50,965 nt of DNA from a virus (Duplodnaviria; Caudoviricetes): positions 1 through 50,965 of IMG/VR virus record IMGVR_UViG_3300037308_000082; one strand, written 5' to 3'. Shown piece by piece: positions 49,846 through 50,965 of the stretch. Numbering within the stretch: the first letter of the stretch is position 1; every line of letters begins with the position of its first letter. A model generated the notes under the pieces. That model saw only the letters and a program-made list of their open reading frames with translations. It had not been told where the DNA came from and searched no databases. The position numbers and the translations under genes were made by a program.

Positions 49846-50965
49846 TCACGCCGGGACGTAGGTCCCGTTCGGCTTGATCTCGGTGCCGAAGTGCGCGTTG
49901 CCGGTCGCCTCGACCGCCACGGTCACGACACGGGTGTCGTGGAGCCGCTTCAGCACGAGGTACGGGTCCTCGGTGAACAGCGCCGTGAAGTCGTTCGTCC
50001 TGAGCCCGACGGAGTCGTAGATGTTCTCCAGCATGATCGAGTCGGTGACGCCCTTCACGAAGGCTCCTGCCGGGTACAGCAGGAACTTCACCGACGTCGG
50101 CGGCGCCGTGAACGAAGCGGCAGCCGTGGTGGCGATGTCCTGCCAGTCCACGACGTACTGCACGTTCACGTCCCGGTCAGCGAACCAACTCGACACCCGA
50201 GCATCGGTCACCGAGAGCAGGTCCACGCCGAGACGCCGAGCCAGGTCGGAGCGGATCAGCGGCTTGGCCCACGTCGGCAGAACAACCTCCAGGACCGCGT
50301 TGGCGGGCATCCGGCTCGCGGCCCGCAGGTGTGCGGCCTGCAGGTCGATCGCCGTCAGGAGTGGCGCCGTGGCACCGGCCATGTTCGTCGAGCCCCAGGT
50401 GATCGCCGTGCTGGCGCTCACCATGTCGTTAAGCACGGCGGCCGAGACGCGGTGCATGTGCGCCGCGAGCGCGACCTCGATGTTGTGCTCGATCAACTCC
50501 GGGTAGCCCCGCTGCTGCAGGAGCCCAGCGCTGATGCAGACGCCGCAGTACCCGAGCCGAACGTCGGTGAAGTCTTCGCAGGAGACGTAGAAACACGGCT
50601 TCTTGCCCGCGCCTGCGCCGTCGTAGTCTCCGTCGATGTCCTCTGCCTCGGTGTAGCAGAAGCCCGAGTCGGTGTAGATGTCGGAGTACTTCGGGCCGAG
50701 CGTGTGGCGCACGCCGCCCCGGTTGATCTGGATCTCGGGCACCGACACGAGGTCGGCGGAATCCGAGACGTTGATCAGGTCGTACAGCGTCTCGCTGGGC
50801 GAGCACCAGCCGCCGGACGCCGTCAGCGAGCCCGCCGGGAGCCGCTTCTGGTCCACGGCGGCGTTGATCGCGTCACGCGGGTCCTCGCTCACCACGACCA
50901 GGGACTCGTCGAAGGTGCGCGGGATGCGGGCGATGGCGAACCGCTCCGACACGCGCTGCCCCCGA
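49846..50965 (-). CDS. Major capsid (hexamer) protein, C-terminal HK97-fold part
   Basis: LTASGGWCSPSETLYD, RGG, KPC, GYPEL, VQYVVDWQ, YDS...NDFTALFTE motifs. Confidence 0.9.
   Translation of the reverse strand, partial: RGQRVSERFAIARIPRTFDESLVVVSEDPRDAINAAVDQKRLPAGSLTASGGWCSPSETLYDLINVSDSADLVSVPEIQINRGGVRHTLGPKYSDIYTDSGFCYTEAEDIDGDYDGAGAGKKPCFYVSCEDFTDVRLGYCGVCISAGLLQQRGYPELIEHNIEVALAAHMHRVSAAVLNDMVSASTAITWGSTNMAGATAPLLTAIDLQAAHLRAASRMPANAVLEVVLPTWAKPLIRSDLARRLGVDLLSVTDARVSSWFADRDVNVQYVVDWQDIATTAAASFTAPPTSVKFLLYPAGAFVKGVTDSIMLENIYDSVGLRTNDFTALFTEDPYLVLKRLHDTRVVTVAVEATGNAHFGTEIKPNGTYVPA

Noticed and set aside
50839-50965. 127-bp repeat as biological terminal repeats
   Set aside because: The length equals a common assembler k-mer and it falls mid-capsid gene; it indicates circularity only.

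Overview
The window is an apparently complete, circular (or circularly permuted) high-GC tailed dsDNA phage genome of about 50,838 bp. Bases 1-127 are repeated exactly at 50839-50965, probably assembler overlap, and the major capsid gene spans that junction. Gene content and order resemble actinobacteriophages with a mycobacteriophage cluster-B-like head module. The minus strand carries terS, terL, portal, a 1782-aa MuF polyprotein, a 1285-aa protease polyprotein, two capsid genes, the tail genes and a lysis cassette. The plus strand (14.9-32.6 kb) carries a primase-helicase, SNF2 helicase, nucleotide-metabolism genes, VRR-NUC, DUF2800, DUF2815 SSB, a family A DNA polymerase and many small ORFs. 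No integrase, repressor, tRNA, CRISPR or reverse transcriptase was recognised. Main points of interest: (1) a virion-delivered effector cassette in which MuF is fused to SH3-like repeats, an atypical kinase and an R-S-E ADP-ribosyltransferase, followed by a candidate immunity gene; it shares a paralogous ~140-aa module with the protease polyprotein and an L-x-A-[SA]-[GA] candidate cleavage motif with other head proteins; (2) a recurring RNA architecture in which a long hairpin's loop is complementary to the downstream gene's own Shine-Dalgarno (polymerase, primase, capsid pentamer, one weaker case); (3) four exactly spaced leaderless late promoters; (4) AGCT avoidance that relaxes in the tail-tip region; (5) repeated EAAQ gene-junction cassettes; (6) a tail-gene deletion scar. 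All family assignments come from motif recognition by eye, not database searches.
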